A stretch of DNA of 64,000 nt from Octopus sinensis (GCF_006345805.1 NC_043006.1:31186001-31250000), one strand, 5' to 3'; shown: positions 22,971 to 36,679, counted from the stretch's first letter. Notes: a model not told the origin generated them from the sequence alone. Program-made: numbers and translations.

Positions 22971-23681
22971 GTCGTATTTGGGTAATTTCAGCCAATCAAT
23001 TACGTGTATTCGGTTGAAGAAAGCTATTGCTGTTTGCAATAATAATCGAAAGAGAACAACTTCCGGGTCATCTATGCTAAATGTCACCACTCTGTTCTAT
23101 TCGTATGGCGAGCGAAGATGGTGCCACCTTTATCCTTTCTCCCTTTCTAGTCAGCACCGTGCATTCCTTACTCTTTCCCTCCCTTCTACACTATTAACTA
23201 GCAACCAGTGAGCAAACTTGTCCCTACAATTACTGTATTTTCCGGTGTATAGCCACTAGTTGTTTTGTTTTACCATTATGTTTTGATAATGTTATTTTTT
23301 ATCTAATAAAGACTTTTATATTGACGAAATGTGTTTGTTGTTGATTATGGTAAGATAAAATTATAACAATAACAATACATCTCATAGTTGTAAAATAAGG
23401 CATTTCGAAACTGCATATTCGTCAACAACAAAAAAGCTAGCTGCGAACTCGTAACTCTATAGGTCTTTTAAACATCGGCGCGCTTTATGGGTAGATAAAA
23501 CACCGATGTTGGGCAAACGAATAAACATATGTAAATAATGTTTCTTCATTTTTGGTGTTGATTGTTCGAACAGAGTGGCGACATTTAGTAGATATGACCC
23601 GGAAGTTGTTCCTCGTAAACAGCAGTACCTTTCTACAACCGAATACACGTAATTGCTTGGTTGAAATTACCCAAATACGTC
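22971..23681. mobile_element. Fold-back non-autonomous DNA element with long TIRs (22971-23097 / 23568-23681)
   Basis: gtcgtatttgggtaatttcagccaatcaattacgtgtattcggttg...acaacttccgggtca..taaatgtcaccactctgttc recurs as its reverse complement about 470 bp downstream. Confidence 0.85.
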
Positions 23682-26179
23682 AGGAGAAACACGAGGTTAC
23701 TCAGCATTTTGATTTTTACAGGTTACTGTGTAATTTAAAAAAAAAAAGTATTTCGAAAATTCACACAATTGATAGAAAATTAAGATTCCTTTCTAGAAAA
23801 AAAGGATTCCTGGTCTAGAAAAAAAAAGATAGTAAAAATAAATATTGTATCTGCTAGTCTCTATTAGATTTGATTTTCTGTTCTTTAGTATTATGGGATG
23901 GCTTGTAATGTGATATTTCTCAGTCACATATAAATTGCACAAAGATTATGATTATATGGAATGGCTCGGTTCTAGATAGACCACACAATGTGGGTAAACT
24001 CACCTCCTTCTTTTTGCCAAATGTACTTTGAGGAGGCGGTAGTTTACTTCGCGACGATGTTGAAAAGAAGCCGTGAGGTGTAATCAGCTCTGAATAAATT
24101 TACTATCAGACCAATAAAAAACACAGTACTACTGTTTTTTTTTTTTTGTCAATTGTAGTAGTCTGATACACAGTGCATTAATAATCCACTTCTTATTCAC
24201 AGAAAACGATTCAATGTTTCGAAAATTACAGTTATCTTCTCTTTGTTTTGTTTTGAAGAATTCTGTAGTTATGTAATGAGAGTATTGCATTTCTCCCTTT
24301 TGTGCAAGATTTTCTTACGTTGTGGTAGCTGAGCTAATATGCTATTGTATTTTAAAGCTTCTTGGTTGTAAATGTTCTCCTCCCTGTCAAAAACTTGATT
24401 TGACAATGTAGAGACTGTGGATACGTTTACTTATTATTACAGCTATTTGCTTAATAACATTTAGAGGATGATTCCTGTCTGCAAGCATATACAGAAGGTG
24501 GAGGTTCGGTTTATATCAGTAACGTAGAAACATGCTGGTTTCTATGGTTATCGTGTGGTTAATACTTTAGAAGATGGTTATGATTTTATTTCTGTGTGTG
24601 TCGGCTCCAGAAAGCCATTAGGCTTTCGTTCCAACATGGTTTTTCACTGATAATATTGTCCATAAAAAAGGGGAAAATAAACGTACTATTACGTAACGAA
24701 ATAACTTTGATTATAGAGGGTGGTGTGGAATAATTGATCTTTATGTTGTTCCTGATAAATAATTGAAGTTTACACAGCAAACATATTATTCTCTTACGGA
24801 GTGGAGGTCTTTGAAATTCTTCGAAAGTTTTATAGAAGTTTTTTCAAATGCTATAAATATTTTTGATCATTCTAAGTTTATTGATTATTTCCCGATGTAT
24901 TGTATTGTCACCGGTCGATGAAATTTATGGAATTCCAAGGTTTAGTATAGGAATGTCTAACAACTATAGTGTGCAATGGACATGAAATAAGGATCGGTTC
25001 TCGATGCCGCGTCTGTTTTCTACCTTCAAATAGTTATCAATTTATAGCATTCCACCAAAGTCACATCGCTTCTAGCAATGGAACGAACACTCCAACCCGG
25101 GCGTTTTTATGCAGTTGCTCATCCTTCAAAATATAGCAGTCAAATTCCCTCAAATTATACACTGTATTCTCTTATTAAAGATGGCCCTATTCTATATAGT
25201 GTCGTCCAAGGTATACAGAAAGATGAGATGGCCATACCTGGAACACTTTTTGTTCATTGAACTGCTTGGTCAGGGCTGAACTTGGGACCAAGGAACGACA
25301 ATAGCAGCAGCAGCAGTAGCAGCAGCAGCAGTAGCAGCAGCAGCAGGAAGAACAAGAAAAACAGCAGCAGCAACAACAATAACTACAACAACAATAATAA
25401 TAACAACGCTTTTACGGCATCACTTAAACCATCCTATTCCACTTCAGCTTCCATTCTTCTTAAGTTTGGCTTCACAAGTCCAAAAGGCCACAGATATAAT
25501 GACAGATAACAATGAAACTCGACTTGTCCTCTCTCTCTCTCTCTCTCTTAACTAAAGGCCTGAATGTTTTAAGAAGTCAGTTAGCCGTAATAAGCACCGT
25601 TTCTGCCATTCTAATCACGTGGACTGATTGTGTCACTGGTTTACAATCTCCGATCATTACGTAGTCGTTGGCTGCCATTTTATGTTGTTTTTTTAAAACA
25701 ATTTCATCTCTTTTTTTTTGTATATTTTTTCAAATCTTGTATTAATGTTATATTGTTGGTTTTGCTACTACTGCTACTTCTGTTGTTGCTGTTGCTGTTA
25801 TTGTTGTTCGTTCCGTGTCCTTCTGGTTTGTGTTTGCTATCATTAAATCATATTAACAAACATTTCTTCCAATGCTGTATTCACAAGTCACTCTCAGCAT
25901 TTTCTTTCTCTGTCATTCTTCCTCGGCTTCTTTTATTTGTTTTCTTTCATTGACAGAATAAATGAAATGATTCATGAATGAATGAATGAAAGACTAAAAA
26001 AAAAAAAAGAAATCATAAAAAGTGACTGAATTCTTTCATATTGTTTCCCCAGCTTTCATTCCTTACGTCATTTACCGTTTCTCTCCTCTCCCCAGCTTTG
26101 CTATACCATCCAACCTTCCCTCTCTCCACTCATTTATGTCTTCTTTCTTTCTTTCTTTCTTTCTTTCGCCTTAGCTTGT

Positions 26180-26370
26180 CTCAGCCATTGGACTGCGCCC
26201 ATGCTAGGGCACTGCTTTAAATGGTTTTATGTGAGCAGATCGGCTCCAGTTTTTATTTTAAAATCTGGTGCTTATTCTATCGGTTCTCTTTTGTCAAACC
26301 TCTAAGTTACGGAGACGTAAATAAACCAACACCGATTATCAAGTGGTGGTTGGGGACAAACACAGACACG
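26180..26370 (-). mobile_element. 3' half of SINE family A (diverged)
   Basis: gactgcgcccatgctagggcac..ttattctatcggttctcttttgtcaaacctctaagttacggagacgtaaa. Confidence 0.7.
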
Positions 26371-26957
26371 TACATACATATGCCCAAACACCAACTGTCC
26401 CACAATCCCTTATACTAATAAATTGAGTGTGTTATCAACACGACAATCGACCACCTTTATTTGCAGCAGTCAAGTAACTTAGACATATACAAAAAAGAAA
26501 AGAAAACAATGGTGAAGCTAATTTGTAAAACATTTAAAAGAATAATCCAAGAAAAGCAACTCATAATGGTCAGTAACATGAATTTGAACAGCATAAACCA
26601 ATAGAGGTATATTAAATACCATACAACATAAATTCTTGCTTCATTAATGTTATCATCATTTCAAGAGGTTGTGTCACAGTTGCAAAATGGCAGCTGAGAC
26701 CAACTTCGGGCGAGAAGGGAAGAATTCTCCTAATTTGCTTTGTTTTTAAAATTAAAACTTTAGTATTTTTAATAAACGGTTTAATCGTTGGCTTCAACAG
26801 AATCCATTAGTAGAACAAATGACGAGTCTTTTATGGATGGTTGACAATAATAATCCGTCTAAGAAACGCAGGTTTCTTTTTGTCTCTTGATTTACGCATG
26901 TCTGGTTTTGTGTCATTTATTGAAATTTCGTCTTATCAATTATTAGATTGTGGAACA

Positions 26958-27026
<69 letters not shown>

Positions 27027-27031
27027 GTATA

Positions 27032-27282
27032 CAGTAATCCCTCGACTATCGCGAGTGTTACGTTCCAAAACACACCGCAATAGGTGAAAATCCGCGAAGT
27101 AGATGCAGTACTGTTGTGTATATTTAAAAAAATTACTTTTATAATTTGTGCATATTTATTTTATCATAAATGCAAAACAACACCATGGAGGAATCGACGT
27201 AAGATTAAATAATAAACCGCGATAGGTGAACCGCGATAGGTGAACCGCGATAGGTGAACCGCGATATGGCGAGGGATTACTG
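27032..27282. mobile_element. Tc1/mariner (pogo/Tigger-like) MITE, 251 bp
   Basis: TA|CAGTAATCCCTCG...CGAGGGATTACTG|TA: TIRs with TA TSD. Internal 14-bp unit CCGCGATAGGTGAA x3 (27217-27258). Confidence 0.9.
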
Positions 27283-28629
27283 TATTTGCATTAAGAGTTT
27301 TGACTCATATATGCATTACTTAAAGTGTCACACATGCAACAAATATCTGATCTGTCGGCCACTTCAAAGCTGAGGCAGTCACAGCTTCAAAATATGGTTG
27401 GTTGACATTCAATGTTAAGGAAAACTCATTTCTATTATTTCGGATAAAGTAGTGGAATCTGTTGCCAATTCCTGACATTAATCTTTCTCTTAATTGAGGA
27501 GATTCTGGCATTCTAAGCAGTGATCCGTCGAGCAACTTGCTCTCCATCTGATGGTATTAGTTGAAATTTCAGGGGACTTACAGCTAATGACATCAAGATA
27601 CGGTTTATTTAGAATATAAATTTCTTAGGTGCAGTGACAGAAAAAAACTCTAGCTCCTTGGTTTATTTCATATAGCAGCTCTGGGGACATAGAAATGACA
27701 TGTCCAGTACAGGTTGGGGTTATTGTCGACAAATTTCTTAACTGTCATCTTAGTCTACATGAGAAAGTGCAGGTATTGCAATAACCTCGAGTACTCCTTA
27801 ATAAGCAAACGGAACAATCGTACAGCTAGCACCGAAATCATTGCTGACATCTCTCGTTGTAGTCCTTCTCTCTCGCTTACTCGCCTACAACAGCACGAAT
27901 TTTGAAGCAAGTGCTCCAGCTTGGCCGGCAACCTTGCTTTGAATTCGATGTGAAGACCAAGCTTATAATCTCATATGTCCTTCCTTGGTCGTTGAAAACT
28001 GCAATATCCCGTATATCAGCTAAGATCTTTTCAGCTGGTTATTTGATGGCATACTGAAAACTACTCTACCTTTTATAACCACCGTTATGTTCCTTCTCTC
28101 CTGGCCATTTCTACAATAAAATCATCAGGCAAAGAGGAAGAAGATTTCGTTAAATTCTTGCCAAATATTTGTTTTCTTAGAGTTCACTCATCATCAGGAT
28201 TACTTTTTGGCGGGTACCATTGGAAGAAGAATTACTATCTTTTGTTGTCATCAACATTGTTAGTTGCCGTTTGCGCTTACATTTCTTTTTACATCTAGTT
28301 TATTCAATTTGTTTATTTAAATTCATGTGTGTGTTTTTAGAATTTTCGAAAGCTTATTAAAAATTCTTGGGAATATGTAAGCCAAACAAAGAAAGAATTC
28401 TGAAATACAAGGAAGAGAAGATTTGCAAAATAGAATATAAAAAAAAATTTCCAAACGACAAGCCTTTTGTTTTTGACACTCCAAGGTGGAGTGAATCGAT
28501 AACCAATGGATAATAACCCACGGATAATAACCCAAGAAATGATTTCTCCCTTTCAATAAACAAGGTTATCCGGATCTATGTCTAAATATATCTGTTCTCC
28601 TCAAAAACGTAACAACAACGATAATTCTA

Positions 28630-28826
28630 ATTCTGGCACAAGGTCAACAATTTTGAGGGGAGGGGTAAATCAATTACATCGATCCCAGTGCTCGCTGGTA
28701 CTTATTTTATTAACCTCGAAAGACTGAAAGGCAAAATCGGCCTCGGCGGAAGTCAGACCGCAAAGAGCTGGAAGATGTGTCGTCAAACATTTTGTCCGAT
28801 GCGCTTATAATTCTGCCAGTTCGTGA
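28630..28826 (-). mobile_element. Older SINE B' copy
   Basis: ggcacaaggtcaacaattttgaggggagggg..atcgatcccagtgctc..tgaaaggcaaaatcggcctcggcgga. Confidence 0.75.
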
Positions 28827-29169
28827 CCTCAACAACAACAACAACAATAATAATAATAATAATAATAATAATCATTTTATATTTTGGCCACAAGGATTCA
28901 AGGTGTCGATGACAACATAAGGAACAGGATAGAAAAAGAATGGGTGTTTAAATTGAGTAAGTAAAAAGAATTAGCTAATAGATATATGAGATAATAAAGT
29001 GCCAAGGTTACCAACAGGAGGGAAGCCATCTTTAAGCTGAACTCTGAAGTTCCACAGATCTAAGATGACGCTAACCACTACAGAAAAATACTGCCGCCTC
29101 CCAGCTGTTTATATCCGGCTTCAAGGCCGATATTGATGAAACCATTTACTTTTTACTCGCTACTCTTAC

Positions 29170-29640
29170 TTCATTCCTTTCAATACATCCCATTCCCTTT
29201 TAGACCCTTATGCTCCTCTCCAAATGAAACTTCAAAAAGTTGCTGAGTGCTTTGCCAAACATGACTGTCTTCTTCAATCCTTTCAATTGTTTCCACTTCG
29301 CAACCCAGAGAGCGAGAACTACCTGCTCTGCTTGACCCAAACAAGACGGTGAGAACTTCACAATAGCTGGGTCCATTCTATACGTGACAAATGTTCAACA
29401 AATCTCTATTTATCATCGTTTGGACACCGAATGAGTGTAATAAGATTTCAGCGCTCTTGTGCCCATCGGACAGTCCCTGCTGACGGTGCTTAAAAGTTCT
29501 GTAGGGTGTATCTCGAGCCACCCGGTAGCACTGCACTCAGCTATCTCTGGAAGTTATCACTAGCACAGAACAGTAAGTCGTCCAGAACAGACTGCTTCTT
29601 GGTTTTCGCCGATGCCCAGAGTTTTCCTTAAACTTCGTCA
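29170..29640 (-). mobile_element. L1/Tx1-type LINE ORF2 C-terminal remnant (copy 2)
   Basis: Minus frames: LFWTT..DNFQR...CYR...LH.L..V....QVVLALWVAK..LKGLKKT.MFGKALSNFLKFHLERSIRV, paralogous to 29700-30200. Confidence 0.7.
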
Positions 29641-29699
29641 TTTTCCCCCACCATTAATCTTCACCAGGGTCAAAAGGTACCAACGATAAGTGCCCTCTC

Positions 29700-31450
29700 T
29701 CTCTCTATCATTTATCATTTCTAGCTTCAGGCGTGAGCGTAAAGCCGGCCCATTCACTCGAGACAATTTCGCTACTTTCATCCAGCTTTCTATAAATTTA
29801 CTGCTGAATGGATGAGGGTGACGCAGTACTCCCACTTCCTTCACAAGTGAGACTTGAAAAAGTCGATGAAAGGTTTGCCAAATAGAAATATGCAGTCTTG
29901 AGCCCTTTCATTCGTATCCATAGCCACCACTTAAAGGAAAACTATCTGCCCGATCTGGCCGAAGGCTGACAGTCCATTTCATTCTATACATGCAAACAGC
30001 TGTTCCATAAAACTCCATAAGTAAGCAATGCTTGAACACTGATTAGTGCGTGCAGAATCGTTTCGTCGCCCTGTTTGCGTCTTTAACAGTCCTAGTTGAT
30101 GGTATTTTCATGTCTATTGAGTGTGTCCCGAACCTGTTTCCCCGATAGCACTGCCAAAACAGTGATTTCTGGAAATTGATCATTGTTCTCCGGCCAAAAG
30201 TCGTCCAGAAAAGACCATCTAGTTCATTGATACTTAAAATTCCCCCGAAAACGCCGTCACCCTTTACTACCGATCGTCGTCTATAGAACGCTAAAGGACA
30301 AACGTGTTGACGAAGGGCGACCACTCCTGTTTATTGTTCTGAAATATTTGTGAGAGATGGAGCCTCAGCGCATATATGCCCGTCATCTGCCTTGACAAAC
30401 CGTGCCCTCTGTGCAAAGGTTGCTGGTAGTGCAAGGCTTCTTCATCATTGGAGTCATCTCAGTCTAATCTTTCAAGGATAGCTTCTCAGCATATTTCTAA
30501 GAGTGATGCACTACCTTCTTCGTAACAACGCCCCACCCCGATGGAACCAGATCCCAAGTTAATTAGCTGAACCATTCGTCCAATACCTAACTACACTGTC
30601 CAACGGCACGTACTTGCTGCTCCAGGTGCCGAACCGGTCCATGCCCCAAACTGCATGATACCAATACATACCTCTCTAGAACGCTGCCAATCCCCTCCAT
30701 TTTCGTGGTGTCCGACGCCATTACGTTGATGCCATCTGCATTTGTTGACCCGGCTCTGCTGTGCGCCAGTTCGAATGGAAAACACTTCGAGACGCAGCAC
30801 ATATACAGGGGCCGAGCATGTGGTACAAAACGGTTTCGTAAGATGGAAATTTCGTCTGACCATCGAACAGATGCAACTATGCATGGATTCGAACCAGCCT
30901 CTGAAAACAGTACCATAGCAGTTGCTTCGAGGACAGCCTTCAAATAACGAGGGCTGATTCAGCCGAGAGTTGTTTTTTTTATTGATTTCAATAATCAAAG
31001 CCTGACTGAATTCAGGTTTGGTTTCGACCCACTCTCTGATGAAGATGGGCTTTATGTGGACAGACCTTGTCGTGATAACGTACATCGCTTTCTCGAATAC
31101 ATTATCTGCGACAAATGCCAAAGTTTTCATCAACGACTCAGTAAAAAATTAAAATTTATACATTTCATAGAGTTATAAACCATAAGTTATCAATGAAATC
31201 ATCTTTGTTCGAGTCATTCCTCACCAGCAATATTCCACTCCCTCGCGAAACTGGAATTTCTACAGACCTGAGTGTGTCTGGAAATCTTAGAACAAGGTGG
31301 TAAAAATCGAAGGGCAGACTATCCAAATCAGGCGATTTGTACCCTGTACAACCGCCTACAGCCATCCTGCTTTTCCTCCGCTGAAAGTGGTAAAAGTACA
31401 TATGTTAACCACGTTGTTTAACCCGAAGTCAGGCGGGGCTGAAACAACCG
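29700..31450 (-). mobile_element. L1/Tx1-type LINE ORF2 remnant (RT domain to C-terminus), heavily decayed
   Basis: Ordered RT motifs: KSPDLDSLPFDFY (KSPGLDG), DFIDNLWFITL (N.RPITL), KTLA, GTVFRGWFESMHS, YVLRLE, NADGINV (YADD), WTNGS..LGIWF, QQPLHRGHG..YALRL, WSPFV, NFQKSLFWQCYRG, GKPFIDFFKSHL. Confidence 0.85.
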
Positions 31451-31924
31451 GTTCCAATCGTGATCTTTATAGGAGTGTGTTATGCGAGGGAGGTTTGGCT
31501 GCAATCTCAATGAGGTATCCCCTGTGACAAGTATAATTACAGGCGCGCATCGAAGCTCTATTAGAGAGTGATTTCACTGGTTAATGAAATATTTCCCACC
31601 ACAAGACATATCTAATCTCCGCGCCATTCTCATTTATCTTTTAGGCACATACACACACACATAGGAAGGAAAAATAAAAAAAAATCTCTAAAACAACAGT
31701 AACCTCAACAACCACAGGAAACCACCACCCCACAAACAAACCCCAGCAGACTGGCAAAGGAAAATAAATCAGAAAAAAAAAAAAAGATAAAACATGGCAA
31801 TAAATGACGAATGATATTTCTGTGGTATTGTTGATGTCTTGACAGAAATTATAAGTTCAACAGCAGACTTTTTAATCACTCATTAATAACATCCGATATA
31901 CTCCACCTTCTATCACCGAGTTCA

Positions 31925-31932
31925 TTTATACA

Positions 31933-32006
<74 letters not shown>

Positions 32007-32011
32007 AACAC

Positions 32012-32062
<51 letters not shown>

Positions 32063-32070
32063 CACACACA
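31925..32070. repeat. (CA)n microsatellite
   Basis: Direct inspection. Confidence 0.96.
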
Positions 32071-32404
32071 GATATACATCCGCATCTACACCCATCCACA
32101 CACAGAAGTCAACATATATATTTCCAAGAGTGACAAGAGAGCGATAGAGCTGATCAAACAAGCAGGCAACCGAGAAGACTCTATCAAGCGCCCCCTGGTG
32201 GCCGGCTCTGCGTCACTTTCCCCTGCAGTGATCCTCTTCACTGCGATATTAGGGGCGGTGTTTATCAGGTTTTATCAGTTTTTAAAAAGCCGTCCTCTTT
32301 TTGTCTTTAGGCGAGGCGAGGAGAAAATAATAAAATAAAGGCTACAACGACAAGAACATCAACAATAATTGTACACGCACGCGCGCGCGCGCACACAGAG
32401 AATA

Positions 32405-32438
<34 letters not shown>

Positions 32439-32722
32439 TGTGTGTGTGTGTGTGTAAGTGCGCGTGTATAAAGATATATTCACACACACGTATGTTAAAC
32501 TATCAAACGAAGAAAGGAGGAAAGAAATCAAAGAAGAAAGAAAAGAAAAGAAAGAAGAAAGGGAGAAAGAAGAAAGAAAGAAAGAAAGGAAGAAGAAGAA
32601 GGCCCAGCTCCAAAGAATCGGTTAGAATCCGGCGGTGGTGGCGGCGGTAGAAGAAAGTTGAGGTTAAGATATGCAGTGGAGTGGTGGGGGAGGGGGCAGC
32701 TGCTGGGTCGACTCTTCCGTAC

Positions 32723-33082
32723 TTGTGTGTGTGTGTATGTGTGCGTGTGTGTGTGTGTGTTTGAGTGTATGTGTCTGTGTGTGTATGTGTGAGTGTGTGT
32801 GTGAGAGAGAGAGAGAGATTGTATGTGTGTGAGTGTGTGTGTGAGTGTTTGCGTGTATGAGTGTATGTGTGTGTGTTTTTATTGAGTGTGTGTGTGTTTG
32901 AGTGTATGTGTCTGTGTGTGTATGTGTGAGTGTGTGTGTGTGTGTGAGAGAGAGAGATTGTATGTGTGTGAGTGTGTGTGTGAGTGTATGTGTGTGAGTG
33001 TATATGTGTGTGAGTGTATGTGTGTGTGTGTGTATGCGTGTGTGAGTGTATATGTGTGTGAGTGTATGTGTGTGTGAGTGTG
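32723..33082. repeat. (GT)n/(GA)n compound tract with internal ~135-bp duplication
   Basis: ttgagtgtatgtgtctgtgtgtgtatgtgtgag..gagagagattgtatg occurs at ~32760 and ~32898. Confidence 0.85.
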
Positions 33083-33517
33083 ACGGGTGTGGCTGGTGAG
33101 AGACGTTTGGCTGTTGCTTCTGCTGTGGATGTGGTTACCATGATAGTGCTGCTGCCGATGATGATCCAGCTACTGAGGAGTGGTGGTCATGGTTATAGTC
33201 AGTGCTGTTTTGACATCAGCTGTAGTGATAGTGACGAACATGTTGCTGTTTAACCCCCGGTCATCCTGATTGGATTAGATTGAGGATCAAAGACATTCCA
33301 CTCATAACTATCTCATCATTTTCCCAAGTGCAGCAACCCAGGTTTAAATCAGATTTGAGGGCGATTTAGCTGCTATTTGTAGCTGGTTGACCTACTGCAG
33401 AGAGGCTGCCTGGAAGACTCGGAAATGGAATCAGTGGTGATTGTTGCTGTTGTTGTTGGTGTTGTTGTGGTGTTCGTTGGGGGTCGTGTTGATGTTGGTT
33501 GTAGTGACGTGTGTTCG

Positions 33518-33526
33518 TGATGATGG

Positions 33527-33573
<47 letters not shown>

Positions 33574-33585
33574 TGATGATGATGG

Positions 33586-33643
<58 letters not shown>

Positions 33644-33668
33644 GATGGTGATGGAGATGATGATGTTT

Positions 33669-33715
<47 letters not shown>

Positions 33716-33720
33716 GGTTA
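33518..33720. repeat. (GAT)n/(GGT)n repeat
   Basis: Direct inspection. Confidence 0.96.
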
Positions 33721-34057
33721 GGTTGATGCTGACGGTTGCGGTAGTGGTAGTGGTGGTGATGGTGGTAGCGAATGACATGGTGACGGGTACAGAACGATGC
33801 TAAGAGTATTTCCTTGCCCTGACCCCGGCTTTGCTATCGCCGAAACCTATCTTTAAACTTCCGTAAGGTTTCCTAGTTTGTTTTCCGTTGTTGAAATCAG
33901 AATGACAGAATTAAGCGAATGAACGAACCAGCGAATGAACGAATGAATGAATTACAAAAAAAAAAAAAAAAAAAAAAATGAAAGAACCAGAAAACGTTTC
34001 GAATGAATGTAAATAATAGAAACAATAACAACGAAAATAAAGTGAAAGAAATCGCAG

Positions 34058-34158
34058 CACGTGTTTGCGAACCAACCGAACTGGACGGATCGTACCACGT
34101 GCACGCAATGATTGATCTCGTCCAATCGTCTTGGTGCACGTGGCACAGCTAACACGTG
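34058..34158. promoter_or_regulatory. Cluster of four CACGTG E-boxes, the middle two forming an inverted repeat
   Basis: CACGTG at 34058, 34096, 34137 and 34153; CCAAT at 34122. Confidence 0.55.
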
Positions 34159-34638
34159 ACACGCTCGCTTTCACAAACTTATCATTCGTTTTGTTTCGTC
34201 TTTTTTTTTTCTTCTTCGCTATTTTCTTAAAGGTGGTGGTTGTAAATTTGTGTCTCCAGGGGGTAAAAGGTATCAGAGAAGAGAAATGTAAGGAGAGAGG
34301 CTGACGGAAGAAGAGGAGGAGGAGAAAAATTTAAGAAGATGAAGACGAAAGAAATAAGGAAGGAGGAGGAGGACGATGAGTCGGTTTAAGGATGGTGAGA
34401 AGGAAGAGGAAGATGTAAGATGGAAGGTCTGGGGAGATGAGGGTGGGTGCTAAAACAAGGAAATAAAAATGCTTTAATGAACAATAACATCAATAATGAT
34501 AAAAGGTGTGGAGGGGAGGGGGAGGACGAATGGTGGGAAGTAAAAGAGGGAGAAATAAAGAAACTAGATAAATACATAAGGAAAGAAATAAATGAATAAG
34601 AAAATATATGAAATGAGAGGAAAACAAGGGAAAAAGGA

Positions 34639-34692
<54 letters not shown>

Positions 34693-35346
34693 TTGGAGGT
34701 CCATTGGTTGTGTAATCATTCAAGTTTAACTGACACCGAAGAAGGAGACAAATGTATTTGTTTGTCGTGGCTGGTGGTTAATAAAACGTTTATGTATTGG
34801 CGGCGAGGAATAAAATAGATAGCTTTACATGACAGTAATATGACGTTATTGACCAAATGAGAGGGACATTTTATATGGAGGTTAAAAGTTAACGCGTGTC
34901 AGCGTCAACTGCTGGACGATAATGTCATTGGTGTTGAGCGGATTGATGTGGTGGCAGTGATGCTGACGGTTAAAGTTGGCGACAAAGAAATTTACATTTT
35001 TTAATTTAGTCTGAAATTCACCTCCCTGTATTCATCATTTGTGGTTGTAAAAGACCCTTGACGAAAATGTGGATGAACCAACGAGCGGGCTTCATTGTGG
35101 TCGCTCGTTCTGCGATAAATAACACCGACACCTCTTTCATATCGCACCATTCCACCATCTTAAACACGTTCTAAATCATACATTAATGTCAGGAAAATGT
35201 CAGTATGGCACGGTTGGAATGCTTTTGATCATAGTTCTGCTCAATTAGGGGTGTTGCAAAGTTAAAACAACAACAACAACAACAATATCATAAGCCAATA
35301 AAGAGTTTGTGGGGGGTCTCCAAGTCGTTGGAAATATTCCTCAATT

Positions 35347-35381
<35 letters not shown>

Positions 35382-35492
35382 GCGCCAATATACACACAAG
35401 TCAACATTCAGCTTCTGCGAAATACAAAATTGATATGCTATTCGAAATGTTAAATAAGTAATCAAAGAAAAAAAAAGAAAGAAAGAAAGAAA

Positions 35493-35536
<44 letters not shown>

Positions 35537-36616
35537 GAAAACCAAAAGAGAAAGGATTTTCTAATAATTACTGACCTATTCCAACGGACAGTAAAGAGTC
35601 ATCTTAGAAAGAGACCAATATAAGCTAGAGTAGTGTTTTCATTTGTACAACCCATCTCGCTTCTCAACTTTTAACAGCTTGAAGCGCCATCGTTGCAAGT
35701 AAAAAGATTTATTAATTTTTTAAATATTTATAATTATTTCACTATATTTTGGTTGGTACAAGTAAATACTATGTTTCTTATTCAAGTAAACATAGTTTTA
35801 TAAATGATTTTTGAGACAGGGTAACTAAAAAGTCAATCTTCAAAACGTGCTTCAGAATCACGGAAACAGAATGATGGCAGACATGTTGGGAATTAATCCC
35901 CCAAATAATCTATTTTAAATATGATAAATTAATTCACTTATCCTTTTTATAGATTAATGCTATTATACTGGAAATGAACTGTAGAAATATAAATTTAAAA
36001 TTGAAGAGGCTATTTATAACGACTATATGACTAATTCACACATTCGGAAGATCCCCCTTGAAAAAACAAAACAAAACAAAAAAAAATAATAAAGCAGAAC
36101 AAAAAAATCAGCAACACAATACAAAAAACTTCTTACTCCCAAAATGATGAAGTATTTTATGAAATTCAAATGAATTGTTTTGGATGAATTTTGCCAATGC
36201 AGATGGCCAAGCGACTCTTGGAATTCTGACTGATTTTGTTTAATTCCTGGTAGTTTCCAATTAAAAACTGAAATGGTCAGAAGCGACCTCTTCGTACAGT
36301 TACAGCTACATATGTTCTAGGGGTGATTTTCTTTCTACAGAAACCTTCAAACCATTCTCTGGTATTTTAGCGTTGATTCGAAACCGTTTCTTGCTGTTGC
36401 TGCAATATGGCAGCTAGTTGCGGTTGAACTGAGATTCAGTTTGCCAAAGATTCCACGTTTCGTTCTGTATATGGCTGAGACATTTTACTCTCAAAGAATT
36501 CGACCGCCATCCATCGAGGTTTCCCATAACCTGCAAAGTTGAGTTCAGTTTTTTTATTTGAATGTTGCGCCCGGAAATAAAGTTTCGAATTCCGTTCGTA
36601 GAGAATTCAATATAAA

Positions 36617-36618
36617 CT

Positions 36619-36668
<50 letters not shown>

Positions 36669-36679
36669 CATCATCATCA

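Noticed and set aside
27320-27547. 75-aa minus ORF and a plus-strand KCHTCNKYLIC motif resembling a piggyBac Cys-rich tail
   Set aside because: Isolated short motif with no transposase core, TIR or TTAA TSD nearby.
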